Shown here one piece after another: positions 43,076-52,633 of a stretch of DNA of 64,000 nucleotides. The DNA is from an uncultured delta proteobacterium. GTDB lineage: Bacteria > Myxococcota_A > Polyangia > Fen-1088. The notes under the pieces were generated by a model, which was not told where the DNA came from, ran no database searches, and saw only the letters and a program-made list of their open reading frames with translations. The DNA is taken from contig CAVYGB010000008.1 in assembly GCA_963767925.1 (NCBI GenBank), positions 3,040,001-3,104,000 of the forward strand, written 5' to 3'. Positions within the stretch are counted from its first letter, which is position 1; each line of letters opens with the position of its first letter. The position numbers were made by a program, and so were the translations under genes.

Positions 43076-43497
43076 CAGTCTGCTCCCGCCCCCCATAGCG
43101 GCAAGCCTGGCGGGGAGGGCGCAGGGGCGGTCTTCGTCGGCGCAGCCGCCGAGCGCTTGGGCGACGGAACCATCGACGGCCCCAATCACTCCCGGATGAT
43201 CGACTCCCACGGGGGCGGGCGTGCGGCCCCCCCATCGCTACTATCGGGTCTGGCCCGCTCGCACTGAGCCTCTCAGGCCCGTGCCAGAGCGGCTTGACTA
43301 ACCGTCCTGGCTAGTGAGGCATTGTTCCTAGCGCGCCCTTCTAGTCACGTCTTCTTTCCTGGTCCTGCGCACCAAGTCAAGGCCGTCCCGAGCGAACCGA
43401 GCGATGGCCAGGCGAAGCACTGGACGATACGAGCGCACGGCGGCTGGTGGCGAGGAGGTTGTTAGCCGCCTTAGAGTGAGCCGCTGAAACCTGTGAA

Positions 43498-44296
43498 TTA
43501 CGCACGAGAGGCAGCGTTGAAGGCAATCAGCGCACAGGCGAGCCGAACGAAGGCTAAGTAATTCTCGGCTTTGCGTTCCCAGCGGATGAGAAGACCTCGA
43601 TATCGGTTGTGCCAGCTGTTGGTGCGCTCGACCACCCAGCGTCGCGGCCTACCGTGAACACAGCCGACCAGTGGTGGTTCGCCTCGCCGGCGGATGTGAG
43701 GAACGATTCGACGGCGGCGAACCTCCTGCTCACAGTCGGCGTAGTCGTAGCCTTTGTCGAGGCACAAGTTCTTGGGGCGACGTGGACCACGAGGGCCCCG
43801 CAGGACCATGGCATCCAGGGTCTGGCCCACCATCCACTTGTCGTGCACGTTCGCCCCTGTGATGGTGACGGCCAGGGGCACGCCGTCGGCGTCGGTCAGG
43901 ATGTGGCGCTTGGTCCCGAGTTTGGCCCGATCGGTCGGACTGGGGCCGGTGAGGTCCCCCCTTTTGGTGCCTTGACAGTGGCGCTGTCGAGCGAGCACCA
44001 GCTCAGGTCGACGCCAACATGCTGGTCGTAGTGAGGACCATCTCCACGTGCATCATGTGGAACACGCCCGCCGCTCGCCACTGCTGGAACCGCTGGTAGC
44101 ACACGCTGCCGCTGCCGAACTCGCGGGGGATGGCATCCCATTGGCACCCGGTCTTGAGCTTGTAGACGATTCCGGACATGACCTTGCGGTTGTCGTTCGG
44201 CGGTCGGCCGCCTTTGGGACTGCGTGCTCGCTTGGGAATCCAAACGCGCGTGCGCTCCCAAACCTCTTCGGGGATGTCTTCGAATTGTGCCGTCAT
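43498..44296 (-). mobile_element. IS5-family transposase (DUF4096 N-terminus plus DDE), split over three frames
   Basis: KGGRP, KTGCQWDAIP, LDSATVKA, AAAAGGGGG slippery site near 43960, GANVHD, DKGYD, RWVVERTNSW. Extra shift near 44035. Terminal IRs not resolved. Confidence 0.9.
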
Positions 44297-44441
44297 GGAC
44301 AGTAGAGATCACGACCTGACGGGCTCGGCAAATTTTCGCTTGAATTGGCACTCGCGCACCGTCGGTTGCAGCCACTGCGATGTCCCGGTCGCTGGTCTGG
44401 TCGGGCGCAACCAAGCCCCAACCGCCGCCGATAACCTGGTC

Positions 44442-44811
44442 ATGTCGCCGGGGCCCCGCACCTTTGACCATCATCGGCTCGACGCTTTCTGCGTGGCCCG
44501 CGATGCTCTACGCTTGGGCGACGCTCTTGCGCGGAGAATGCCACGCGGGTATGCGACGTTGCAGGACCAGCTTCGGCGCGCTGTTGTCGGCATACCTGGG
44601 CATCGCCGAGGCATCCAGCCGAACGGGCGCCGACAGGATCTCACGGTTCCGCACCGCCAGAGGCGAAGCGTCCGAGGCGGCAGCCGCCTTGGAGGCGGTT
44701 GCAATCCTGGGACTTGCTCCCGATACCGAGATCGAAGCGGTGATGTCTCTGCTCGACCGGCTGTGCGCGATGCTCACTCGGCTCGCCGGCATGCACCGCC
44801 ACCAACCCTGA
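44442..44811 (+). CDS. Four-helix-bundle protein (23S rRNA IVP/bAvd-like family), frameshift near 44580
   Basis: FDHHRLDAF...LQDQLRRA | LSAYLGIAEA...RFRTARGEASEAAAALE...LCAMLTRL. Confidence 0.8.
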
Positions 44812-44833
44812 TGACTGCCGCGGCTGTCGTGGT

Positions 44834-45012
44834 CGTGCTCGTGTGCGAGCGCGTGTTCGAGTTCGTGTCCGTGTGTGGTGAGCGTGTTCGGCCCGCGGGC
44901 CTCGGCTCGCGTGATTTACGCGCACCGAGAGCCGCCTGGCCGCCTGGCCGCTCAACGCTCGCCCCACACGAACTCGAACACGAACACGCGCTCGAACACG
45001 CCCACGAGCACG
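44834..45012. repeat. Long imperfect inverted repeat built from CGTG(C/T)T / A(G/A)CACG hexamers
   Basis: Left arm cgtgctcgtgtgcgagcgcgtgttcgagttcgtg..., right arm ...cacgaactcgaacacgaacacgcgctcgaacacgcccacgagcacg. Confidence 0.8.
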
Positions 45013-45110
45013 CGTCCCGGCCTCGATACCTCGTTTCGCCCATCGGCGCAAATTCTCCACAGGTTTCAGCGGCTGGCTCTTAGTGCCCCACCCCCCTGCT
45101 AGCTGGAGAA

Positions 45111-45635
45111 ATGGTCCCTTCGCTCGACTGGTTCATTTACACATTCGTCCGCAAGGAGGCGGTCCTCTCGTCGCAGATCGAGGGCACGCAAGCGACTCTC
45201 GTCGATTTGCTTACCTTCGAGGTCCAGGCGGATGCCGGGCCGAAGGCTCCGCCCAACGCCGACGTCGAGGAGGTCTGCAACTGCCTCGATGCGCTGGCTT
45301 TCGCGCGCGCCGAGCTCGCCGATCCACGTGGTCTTCCGCTGTCGATGCGCCTGTCGAACGAGACGACTACTATCGCCGGCTCAACGCGGCACGCGTCGAC
45401 GGCGACTGGAGGGCTGGCTCGACTTCTTCCTGGACGGTGTCGCGACCATCGCCGACGAGGCGGTTGCGTCCGCGCGGGAGCTGTTCGCCCTCGTGTCCAT
45501 GGATCGTGCCCGTGTGCTGGCCCACGAGGCGATGTCGATCGTAGCGGTCCGACTCCTCGAGCTGCTGCCGCGGCACCTAATTGTGACCGTGGCCTCCGTG
45601 ATGAAGCTCGTGGACACGACCAAACCCACCGCGGG
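45111..45635 (+). pseudogene. Fic-family protein with the central catalytic part deleted
   Basis: RKEAVLSSQIEGTQAT...LPLSMRL joined to DDYYRRL...GD..EGWLDFFLDGV...TTKPTAG. No HPFxxGNGR motif. Confidence 0.8.
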
Positions 45636-45688
45636 GCTGGGGTTCCGGCCCGGCGGATCCTCCTCGAGAGAATCCACCGGTCGCGCTG

Positions 45689-45762
45689 CGCGCCCGGGCT
45701 GAGTCGAACAGCCAACCCCAGGCTTCGTAGGCCTGTGCTCTATCCAGTTGAGCTACGGGCGC
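45689..45762 (-). tRNA. tRNA-Arg (ACG), CCA not encoded
   Basis: GCGCCCG acceptor stem, D-arm GCTC-AACTGGATA-GAGC, anticodon arm CAGGC-CTACGAA-GCCTG, T-arm GGCTG-TTCGACT-CAGCC. Confidence 0.96.
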
Positions 45763-45814
45763 AGGAGGCGAATGTATGCCGCGGGGCGGTCCTCCAAGTC
45801 AAGGGCGAGGGGGG

Positions 45815-45847
45815 AAAATCGCCGTCGGGGGGGCGCTCCCCCCGACG
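45815..45847 (-). terminator. Putative intrinsic terminator after the TonB-dependent receptor gene
   Basis: 11-bp GC stem (45823-45847) just past the stop, followed by GATTTT on the minus strand. Confidence 0.55.
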
Positions 45848-45856
45848 ACCCCCACC

Positions 45857-48595
45857 TCAGTAGCGGTAGCGGAGGCCGAAGCGGACGCGCAGGGGGGGCA
45901 TGCGGCCGCGCTGGACGCCCCAGAGGGGGCCGTCCTCCTCCTCGACGGCGGTGGTGGTGCGGAGGGCCAGGACGTTGAGGACGTCGACGAAGGTCTCGAG
46001 GTTGTGGCCGATCAGGGGGAGCAGGTTGAGGGCCACCTGGGCGTTGAGGCTCTGGTAGTCGGGCATCCGGAGCTCGCGGTCGTCGGTGGGGTCGTTGATG
46101 TTGGTGCCGGGGTTGGCGCCGACGCGCGCGCGCTGGTTCTCGAAGCGGCCGGTGACGTCGTTGCGGAAGCGGCGGTTGAAGGGCAGGCCGGAGTAATACG
46201 AGTAGCGCACGGCGCTGGTGAGCCAGGGGGTGAAGCGGTAGCTGAAGTTGGCCTTGATCTCGTGGCGGTGGTCGTCCGGCAGGGGGCCGTACAGGAACAG
46301 GTCGCGGGGGGCGATGTCGCCGAAGGCGTTCTCGTTGCCGTCCATCACCGTGCCCTCGAGGCGGCTCCAGGTGTACGAGGCGCGCAGCTTGAGGCGGCCC
46401 TCGCGCCGGGTGACCGAGCCTGTGATCCCCTTGTAAGTGCGCTCGGCGCCCTCGGGGGTCTCGAGGTCGGAGATGGTCTGGTTGCGCCCGTTGCGGTAGC
46501 CCCCGGTGCGCTCGAGCTGGCTGCCGCTGACGTTCCAGACCCGGTTCGTCTCCAGCCGCTCGTACTGGTTGCTGAACTTGCGGTAGATGGCGTCGAGGCC
46601 CAGGGCCAGGCCCGGGATCACCTCCCGCTCGGCGCCGACGGTGTACTCCCAGGTCCTGGGGATCTCCAGCTTGCGGGTGCAGGGGGTGCCGGTGTCGTCG
46701 AAGCCGGTGGGGCCGCAGGGCAGGCCCACGGTGGCGCCCGAGCGGCCGCCCGAGAAGGTGCACTCCCGGTCGTAGGCCGCCGTGGCGTCGTTCCAGCGGC
46801 AGCGCTGCGAGACCTGGCTGCCGAGGGTGTGGCTGGCGATGGGGCTGACGTCGACGTCGACGTACTGGTTGACGCTGCCCCGCAGGACGGTGCGCCCGTC
46901 GCCGGTGGCGTCCCAGGCGGCCGACAGGCTGGGCGACAGGGCGTTGGTCGAGAGGATGTCGTCGCCCTGGCTGTTGAAGGCGCTCGCGCTGGTGAAGGCC
47001 ACCCCGGGGGTGAGGGTGAGGTAGCGGGTGGGGCGCCAGCTATCGCTCAGCGACAGGGAGTTGCGGGCCGAGCCCCAGGTGGTGATGAACCAGCCGAAGC
47101 GCGCCGACTCCAGGCGGGGATCGTTCGAGTAGTAGGTGGTCAGCGAGTCGCGGCTGGGGCCGTTGAGCTCCTCGATTGTGTCGCCGGGGATCGAGCGGCG
47201 GCTGACGTCGCTCTGGCGCACGTAGTGATCCTTGAGCTGGAAGTGGTGCTCCCCGAAGAACTTGCTCGAGTAGAACATCTCGATCCGGTTGGCGAACTGG
47301 AGCGAATAGGTGCTCAGCCGCTCGTGGATGTTGAGGTTCCCGGTCACCAGGCGGGCGGGGAAGATCTGGGCGGTCGAGGCGACGTGGTCGCAGTTGTCCG
47401 GGTCGGTCACGCAGAGCTCGGGGAAGGTGTGGCGCTGGTTGTGGATGTACCCGGCCTGGCTGCGGAACACGATGTTGTCGGTCAGCAGCGACTCCCAGAT
47501 CACGCCCATGAAGTAGTTGCGCGACCGGTGGCGGCCCTGGGCGTCGTCGGCGAAGCCCAGGCCCTGGCGCTGCTTTTGCCAGAACTCGTCGAAGTTGGTC
47601 ACCGTCTGCAGCTTGTTGCGGGTGCTGACCTGCCAGCTCAGCTTGATGGTGCCCTTGTGCCAGTAGCGCAGGTCGGGCTGCGGCTCGGGCAGCACCCCGG
47701 CGGCGTCGCGCTCCCGCCCCTGGTTGCGGGTCAGCACCTCGAAGTTGGCCGAATACCAGAGCTTGTCCTTGATGATCGGCCCCGAGACGGTGGGGTTGAG
47801 GATGTAAAAGAAGCCGGAGTTGGTGGGGTCGGTGGCGTCGCGCATGAGCTCGAACCGCTCGTGGTCGGCGGTGGCGTTCAGCTCGAATTCGAACTTGTTG
47901 GATCCCGAGCGGGTCACCAGGTTGACCACGCCGCCCGGGGCGGTGGCGTTCTCCGCCCCGTAGGCCGCCGACTGGATCTCGTAGGCCGCCGAGGCCTTCA
48001 CCGTCGGGTACTGGCGGAGCATGTTGAAGCCGTCCATGGTCAAGATGGTCTGGTTGGCCCCGCCCCCTCGCATGCGACCTCCCCGGATGGCGCCGGCGGC
48101 GTAGTCGGTGATCTGCCGGAAGATCACGTCGCGGTTGTCGTGGGGCATGGCGTCCACGAAGTCGACGTCGAACACCTCCTTGACGTTGGCCGTGCTGGTG
48201 CTGATGAGGGGCGCCTTCTCGACGACCTTCACCTCCTCCACCCTGGACGAGGCGATCTCCATGATCAGGTTCAGCTCGGACGGGGCGTTGATGCCGACCT
48301 TGACGTTGTCCTGTACGACGGTCTGGAGCTTGGGCGCCTCGACCTTCACCTGGAACACGCCGGGATCGAGCACCGGGAAACGGAAGCCGCCCTCGGCGTT
48401 GGTGTAGGTGGTCTTGCGGCCGCCGATCTGGGTCTCCGAGGAGATTGTCACCTTCACGCCCGACAGCGGCCCGCCGGTCTGATCGAAGACGTAGCCGACG
48501 ATCGATCCCGAGTCGCCCCGCTGGGCCCGCGCGCCCGGCGCCGCGGCCAGGACGCACACCGTGCCGAGCAGGCCTATCAATACCCTGGGTACCAT
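45857..48595 (-). CDS. TonB-dependent receptor (Oar-like) with N-terminal carboxypeptidase-regulatory-like domain
   Basis: AAGGAG RBS, signal peptide, GSIVGYVFDQTGGPLSGVKV, GGVVNLVTRSGSN, C-terminal RFGLRYRY. Confidence 0.9.
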   Translation of the reverse strand: MVPRVLIGLLGTVCVLAAAPGARAQRGDSGSIVGYVFDQTGGPLSGVKVTISSETQIGGRKTTYTNAEGGFRFPVLDPGVFQVKVEAPKLQTVVQDNVKVGINAPSELNLIMEIASSRVEEVKVVEKAPLISTSTANVKEVFDVDFVDAMPHDNRDVIFRQITDYAAGAIRGGRMRGGGANQTILTMDGFNMLRQYPTVKASAAYEIQSAAYGAENATAPGGVVNLVTRSGSNKFEFELNATADHERFELMRDATDPTNSGFFYILNPTVSGPIIKDKLWYSANFEVLTRNQGRERDAAGVLPEPQPDLRYWHKGTIKLSWQVSTRNKLQTVTNFDEFWQKQRQGLGFADDAQGRHRSRNYFMGVIWESLLTDNIVFRSQAGYIHNQRHTFPELCVTDPDNCDHVASTAQIFPARLVTGNLNIHERLSTYSLQFANRIEMFYSSKFFGEHHFQLKDHYVRQSDVSRRSIPGDTIEELNGPSRDSLTTYYSNDPRLESARFGWFITTWGSARNSLSLSDSWRPTRYLTLTPGVAFTSASAFNSQGDDILSTNALSPSLSAAWDATGDGRTVLRGSVNQYVDVDVSPIASHTLGSQVSQRCRWNDATAAYDRECTFSGGRSGATVGLPCGPTGFDDTGTPCTRKLEIPRTWEYTVGAEREVIPGLALGLDAIYRKFSNQYERLETNRVWNVSGSQLERTGGYRNGRNQTISDLETPEGAERTYKGITGSVTRREGRLKLRASYTWSRLEGTVMDGNENAFGDIAPRDLFLYGPLPDDHRHEIKANFSYRFTPWLTSAVRYSYYSGLPFNRRFRNDVTGRFENQRARVGANPGTNINDPTDDRELRMPDYQSLNAQVALNLLPLIGHNLETFVDVLNVLALRTTTAVEEEDGPLWGVQRGRMPPLRVRFGLRYRY

Positions 48596-48869
48596 GGCAG
48601 CAAGCTCCTTCCCGCAGGGCGGTTGATTTCGCCCCCTCGAACCGCGCCCCCCGACGCCCCCCCTCCATTGCCGGGAGAGGACGAGATTTGGCGAAATATT
48701 GGACGGACGTGGCGAGCGGCTCAAGCGGCGCGGCATGGCTGGCCGCGCCCATCGGCCGCCGGTGCACGCGTCATCGGGGCCGGACTACCAAAGTTTCAGG
48801 GTTTTGACCAGTATCCGCCGGCCCGCGGTACACTGCGGCTCTAGTTTGGGTGGAGGGAAGCCAGAACCT

Positions 48870-49202
48870 ATGTCCGAAACTCCGGAGCTACCTCGGGAGC
48901 ATCCGCGCTACGAGGTCAACGCCTACGTCGACTATACCGGGAACGAAGTCGTCCTCTATCACCGCATCCAGAACATCTCGCTGGGCGGTGTCTGCATCCA
49001 GTCGTCGGGCGTGGAGGACGTGGGGACCACCGTCGATCTGGTGATCAACTTCCCCGACCTCAACGCCTCGCTGTCGATCCGGGGCGAGGTGGTGTGGGTC
49101 AACCGCGAGCCCCCCATGGACATGGGGATCCGCTACGTCGACCTCGACAGCGAGCGCAAGGAGATGCTCCGCAAGTACATCTCCATGGTGCGCAAGGGCT
49201 GA
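48870..49202 (+). CDS. PilZ-domain protein
   Basis: REHPR and NISLGG motifs, GEVVW, MGIRY. Confidence 0.9.
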   Translation: MSETPELPREHPRYEVNAYVDYTGNEVVLYHRIQNISLGGVCIQSSGVEDVGTTVDLVINFPDLNASLSIRGEVVWVNREPPMDMGIRYVDLDSERKEMLRKYISMVRKG

Positions 49203-49208
49203 CGCCCG

Positions 49209-49233
49209 GCGGGCGGGCACCCCACCCGCCCGC
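49209..49233. terminator. Hairpin between convergent genes, possibly a bidirectional terminator
   Basis: GCGGGCGGG-N7-CCCGCCCGC; no U-tract. Confidence 0.4.
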
Positions 49234-49239
49234 GCGCTC

Positions 49240-50208
49240 TCAGACGGCGAACAGCTTGCCCTCGCGGGAGGCGCGCTCGATGGCCCGCAGGCGCTGCAGG
49301 TAGCGCCGGAAGTCCTTGCCCGGCGGGGCGCCGGCGTGGCGGCGCAGGTAGACGTCGGTGATGCGGGTGACGGCGAAGCGGCAGGCGGCGAAGCGGAGCT
49401 CGTCGGTGAACGACTCCCGCTCCTCCAGCTCCAGCGGCCGCATGCCGGTGTAGCCTTCGATGAAGGCCCGGGTGATGTCGGGGCGGAAGTCCTCCCGGCC
49501 GAAGCCGAAGGCCAGCACCGACACCGCCAGGTCGTAGGACAGCCGCCCCCAGGACGCCTGCTCGAAGTCGAGGATCGCGCTGAGGCTGCCCTCGTGAAAC
49601 AGCACGTTGTCGATGAACAGGTCGCCGTGGATCAACCCGAGCGGCAGCGAGCGCGCGCGGCTCGTCTGCAGGCGGGCCAGGGCGGGCCCCAGCTCGTCGA
49701 CCGCGGCGGCCAGCTCGAGATCGCCGCTGGCCCCGGCCTGGATGGTGGCGAAGCGCCGGGCGATCTCCTCGGGTTCGTAGCGGCCCGGGCTCGTGTCGGG
49801 GAAGTCGGCCCCCACCTGGTGCAGGCGGGCCAGGGCGGCCCCCGCCTGGTGGGCCTGCTGGGGGTGCAGCTCCGACCGCTGCAGCACCTTCCCCGTGACC
49901 CAGGGGAACAGCGAGACCAGCAGCCCCCGCCAGGAGACCCAGGCCTCTCCGCCCTGCGCCCGCAGCGGCCGGGGCACGGGCAGCCCCCGCCCCGACAGGT
50001 GCTCGACGATGGCGGTCTCGCGCGCGACGTCGGCCGGGGCCTTGCCCTCGTTGATGCGCAGGAAGTAGGTGCCCCCCTGGAGCTCGACGGCGAGGTTGGT
50101 GTTGATGGTCCCGGCCGCCACGGCGCGGTGGCCGCGGTAGCCGGTCAGTCCGTAACCGGACAGGACTTCCTCGACGTCGGCCGTCGAGAGCGTGCGAAAC
50201 GTACCCAT
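49240..50208 (-). CDS. thrB: Homoserine kinase type II (APH-like)
   Basis: GTINTN, GLIHGDLFIDNVLF, ILDF, RFAVTR, KDFRRY. Confidence 0.85.
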   Translation of the reverse strand: MGTFRTLSTADVEEVLSGYGLTGYRGHRAVAAGTINTNLAVELQGGTYFLRINEGKAPADVARETAIVEHLSGRGLPVPRPLRAQGGEAWVSWRGLLVSLFPWVTGKVLQRSELHPQQAHQAGAALARLHQVGADFPDTSPGRYEPEEIARRFATIQAGASGDLELAAAVDELGPALARLQTSRARSLPLGLIHGDLFIDNVLFHEGSLSAILDFEQASWGRLSYDLAVSVLAFGFGREDFRPDITRAFIEGYTGMRPLELEERESFTDELRFAACRFAVTRITDVYLRRHAGAPPGKDFRRYLQRLRAIERASREGKLFAV

Positions 50209-50366
50209 GAAGGAGGAGTGAACGTAGGCCGAAACCGGCCCGGGCGCGAGGGCGACACAAAAGGAGATGGGAGGAAGCGAAGCATTGTAAACCCTTGACG
50301 TCATCGCGTCCTGCGCGGTCTAGTCAGCCCTGGTCCACCCCCTTTTGCCCAAGGCCCGGCGGCGAC

Positions 50367-51050
50367 ATGAATTCCGAGCGCGACAAGCTGGTTTCGGAGC
50401 ACCTCTCACTGGTGCAGGCGATCGCCGGGAAGCTGAAGCGGACGCTGGGCAAGGCCATCGACTTCGACGACCTCGTCGGGTATGGCCACAAGGGCCTCAT
50501 CGAGGCGGCCGACCGCTTCGACTCCAAGCAGGGCGTCACCTTCACCACCTTCGCCTATTACCGGGTGCGGGGGGCCATGCTCGACGGCCTGCGCACGATG
50601 GGCTGGTACTCGCGCGCCGACTACGCCCGCTACCGGGCGGAGGAGCGGGCGCAGGAGCTGTTGCGCAACGCTTCTGACCGGGAAGCCGGGGCCAAGGAGG
50701 CGGGGGCCGACACCGAGTCCGACAAGGCCCAGACCCTGGAGAGCATCGCCGAGATCCTGAGCGGCATCGCCACCGTCCACATCACCTCGATCGAGGCCGC
50801 CTCCTCGGTCGCCGACGATCGGCTGCCAGCCCCCGACAGCGAGCTCGAGACCGGCCAGGTGGGTGCCCGGGTCCGGCTGGCGGTGTCCGGCCTTCCGGAC
50901 AAGGAGCGGCGGCTGATGGAGCTTTACTACTTCGAGGAGAAGAACCTCGAGGAGGCGGGCGCCGCGCTGGGTCTATCCAAGTCCTGGGCCAGCCGCCTGC
51001 ACGCCCGCGCGGTGGGCCTCCTGCGGGACGCCCTGGCCGAGGAGTTGTGA
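50367..51050 (+). CDS. FliA/WhiG-family (sigma-28-like) sigma factor
   Basis: DDLVGYGHKGLIEAADRFD, FTTFAYYRVRGAMLDGLR, LGLSKSWASRLH. Confidence 0.9.
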   Translation: MNSERDKLVSEHLSLVQAIAGKLKRTLGKAIDFDDLVGYGHKGLIEAADRFDSKQGVTFTTFAYYRVRGAMLDGLRTMGWYSRADYARYRAEERAQELLRNASDREAGAKEAGADTESDKAQTLESIAEILSGIATVHITSIEAASSVADDRLPAPDSELETGQVGARVRLAVSGLPDKERRLMELYYFEEKNLEEAGAALGLSKSWASRLHARAVGLLRDALAEEL

Positions 51051-51215
51051 CGGTGTGCTGCCGTTGCGGGCGGGCGCGGCCGTGACCGCCGGGTTCGAGG
51101 CGCCCAGGGCCCCAGCCTTTGATCTCCAGAAAATGATTACGCACCGAAGCACCATCTGGTAAGAGGATCAGTCAGGACCGAAGCAACTTTTCGGGAAGGG
51201 GGTCGAAACAAGACC

Positions 51216-51755
51216 ATGGACATCTCGAAGGCCGTCAGTGCGACTGCCCTTTCCAACCCTGCCGAGCAGGGGAACAAGGCTGGCCCTGCGGGTGCCGGCT
51301 CACCCGATCGGCGCTTCTCCGACGTCCTGGCGCACGGCGGGCAAGGTGGACCGGGCGTACACCAGCCGAACGGCGCCTCGCCCTTCTCCGCCCCCATCCT
51401 CGATCCCGGCCTCAGCCCGGCGAAAACCAACGCCGTGGCCCGCCACCGCCCCACCGTGGAGATGGTCGGCGAGCGCTCCGGCGTGCGCCCGGGCGGTCAG
51501 GGCGCGCCTGTCGATCCTTCCCAGAACGCCTCCAGCGCCGACTGGAAGCAGAAGCTCGCCAGCGACACCTCCCGCGCGGAGAGCAAGATGGACGCGATGA
51601 TCGATGCGGCCCGCAAGGGCAAGAACTTCAGCGCGTCCGAGCTGCTGGCCATCCAGGTCGAGGTGTTCCGCTACTCGCAGACCGTCGAGGTCATCTCCCG
51701 CTCGACCGACAAGCTGGTCGGCGCCGTCAAGCAGACCCTGGGCACCCAGGTCTGA
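51216..51755 (+). CDS. Putative T3SS inner-rod (SctI-like) protein
   Basis: Low-complexity N-terminus, C-terminal ELLAIQVEV...DKLVGAVKQTL helix, position directly before sctJ. Confidence 0.55.
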   Translation: MDISKAVSATALSNPAEQGNKAGPAGAGSPDRRFSDVLAHGGQGGPGVHQPNGASPFSAPILDPGLSPAKTNAVARHRPTVEMVGERSGVRPGGQGAPVDPSQNASSADWKQKLASDTSRAESKMDAMIDAARKGKNFSASELLAIQVEVFRYSQTVEVISRSTDKLVGAVKQTLGTQV

Positions 51756-51833
51756 TCATTGCGGGAAACGCCGGGCGGGGGCCGATTCACCCGGCTCCTT
51801 TTTCTGGCGTTTGGTGCTAATTTGCCGCGAGTC

Positions 51834-52616
51834 ATGCGCCGCGTATTCGGTTTTTGTGCGTTTGCTCTGCTCGCTCTCGGCTGCGACGTCCCGGTCCAGT
51901 ACGGGCTGGACGAGGGCGCCGCCAACGAAGTGGTGACCGCGCTCGAGCGGGCCAACATCGCCGCCGCCAAGGTTCGCCAGGAGGGCGGCGGCAACGAGGC
52001 GACGTTCATCATCACGGTGACGAACCAGGAGGACGTCCGGCGGGCCATCGAGCTGATGCGCAACCTCGGCCTGCCCCGCACGCGCCGGAGCGGCCTGGCA
52101 GAGGTGTACGGCCAGGCCAGCCTGGTGCCGAGCGCCACCGAAGAGAAGGCCCGCTTCATCAAGGCCCTCGGCAACGACATCGAACGCACCCTCGAGACGA
52201 TCGACGGCGTCGTGAGCGCGCGCGTCCACATCGTGCCGCCCGAGACCGACCCCCTGGCCGCCGACCCCAGCAAGCAGCGGGTGAGCGCCCAGGCCGGGGT
52301 GCTGATCAAGACCCGGGCCGGCGTCATGATCCCCCTCAAGGAGCTGGACGTGCAGCGGCTGGTGGCCGGCGCGGTGGCCGGCATGGACCCCTCCAAGGTC
52401 GCGGTTGTCGTCACCGCCGCGCCCGACTGGGCCACGACCGGACAGCCCTCGCTGATCGCCGTGGGCCCGATCCGCATGACCCCCGGCAGCCGGACGGTCC
52501 TGATCGGGGCCCTCCTGATCGTGCTCGGCGTGGTGGCCGTGCTGGCCCTCGTCCTGCTGCTGATGGCCCGCCGCCTGGCGGCAGCCCAGCGCGCCCTCAG
52601 CACCCGCCGCGGCTGA
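51834..52616 (+). CDS. sctJ: Type III secretion inner-membrane ring lipoprotein (YscJ/HrcJ family)
   Basis: Lipobox LALGC, GLDEGAANEV, LVPSATEEKAR, IDGVVSARVHIV, LVAGAVAGM, C-terminal TM. Confidence 0.9.
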   Translation: MRRVFGFCAFALLALGCDVPVQYGLDEGAANEVVTALERANIAAAKVRQEGGGNEATFIITVTNQEDVRRAIELMRNLGLPRTRRSGLAEVYGQASLVPSATEEKARFIKALGNDIERTLETIDGVVSARVHIVPPETDPLAADPSKQRVSAQAGVLIKTRAGVMIPLKELDVQRLVAGAVAGMDPSKVAVVVTAAPDWATTGQPSLIAVGPIRMTPGSRTVLIGALLIVLGVVAVLALVLLLMARRLAAAQRALSTRRG

Positions 52617-52633
52617 GCCCGCCGCTCGCGGCG

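Noticed and set aside
44442..45012. Diversity-generating retroelement suggested by the Avd-like gene
   Set aside because: No reverse transcriptase and no TR/VR pair differing at adenines seen in the window.
45771..45802. Sigma-70 promoter for the tRNA (TTGACT...TACATT), and TTGACC...TACACT at 48804-48834
   Set aside because: Spacers of 20 and 19 nt are too long to call with confidence.
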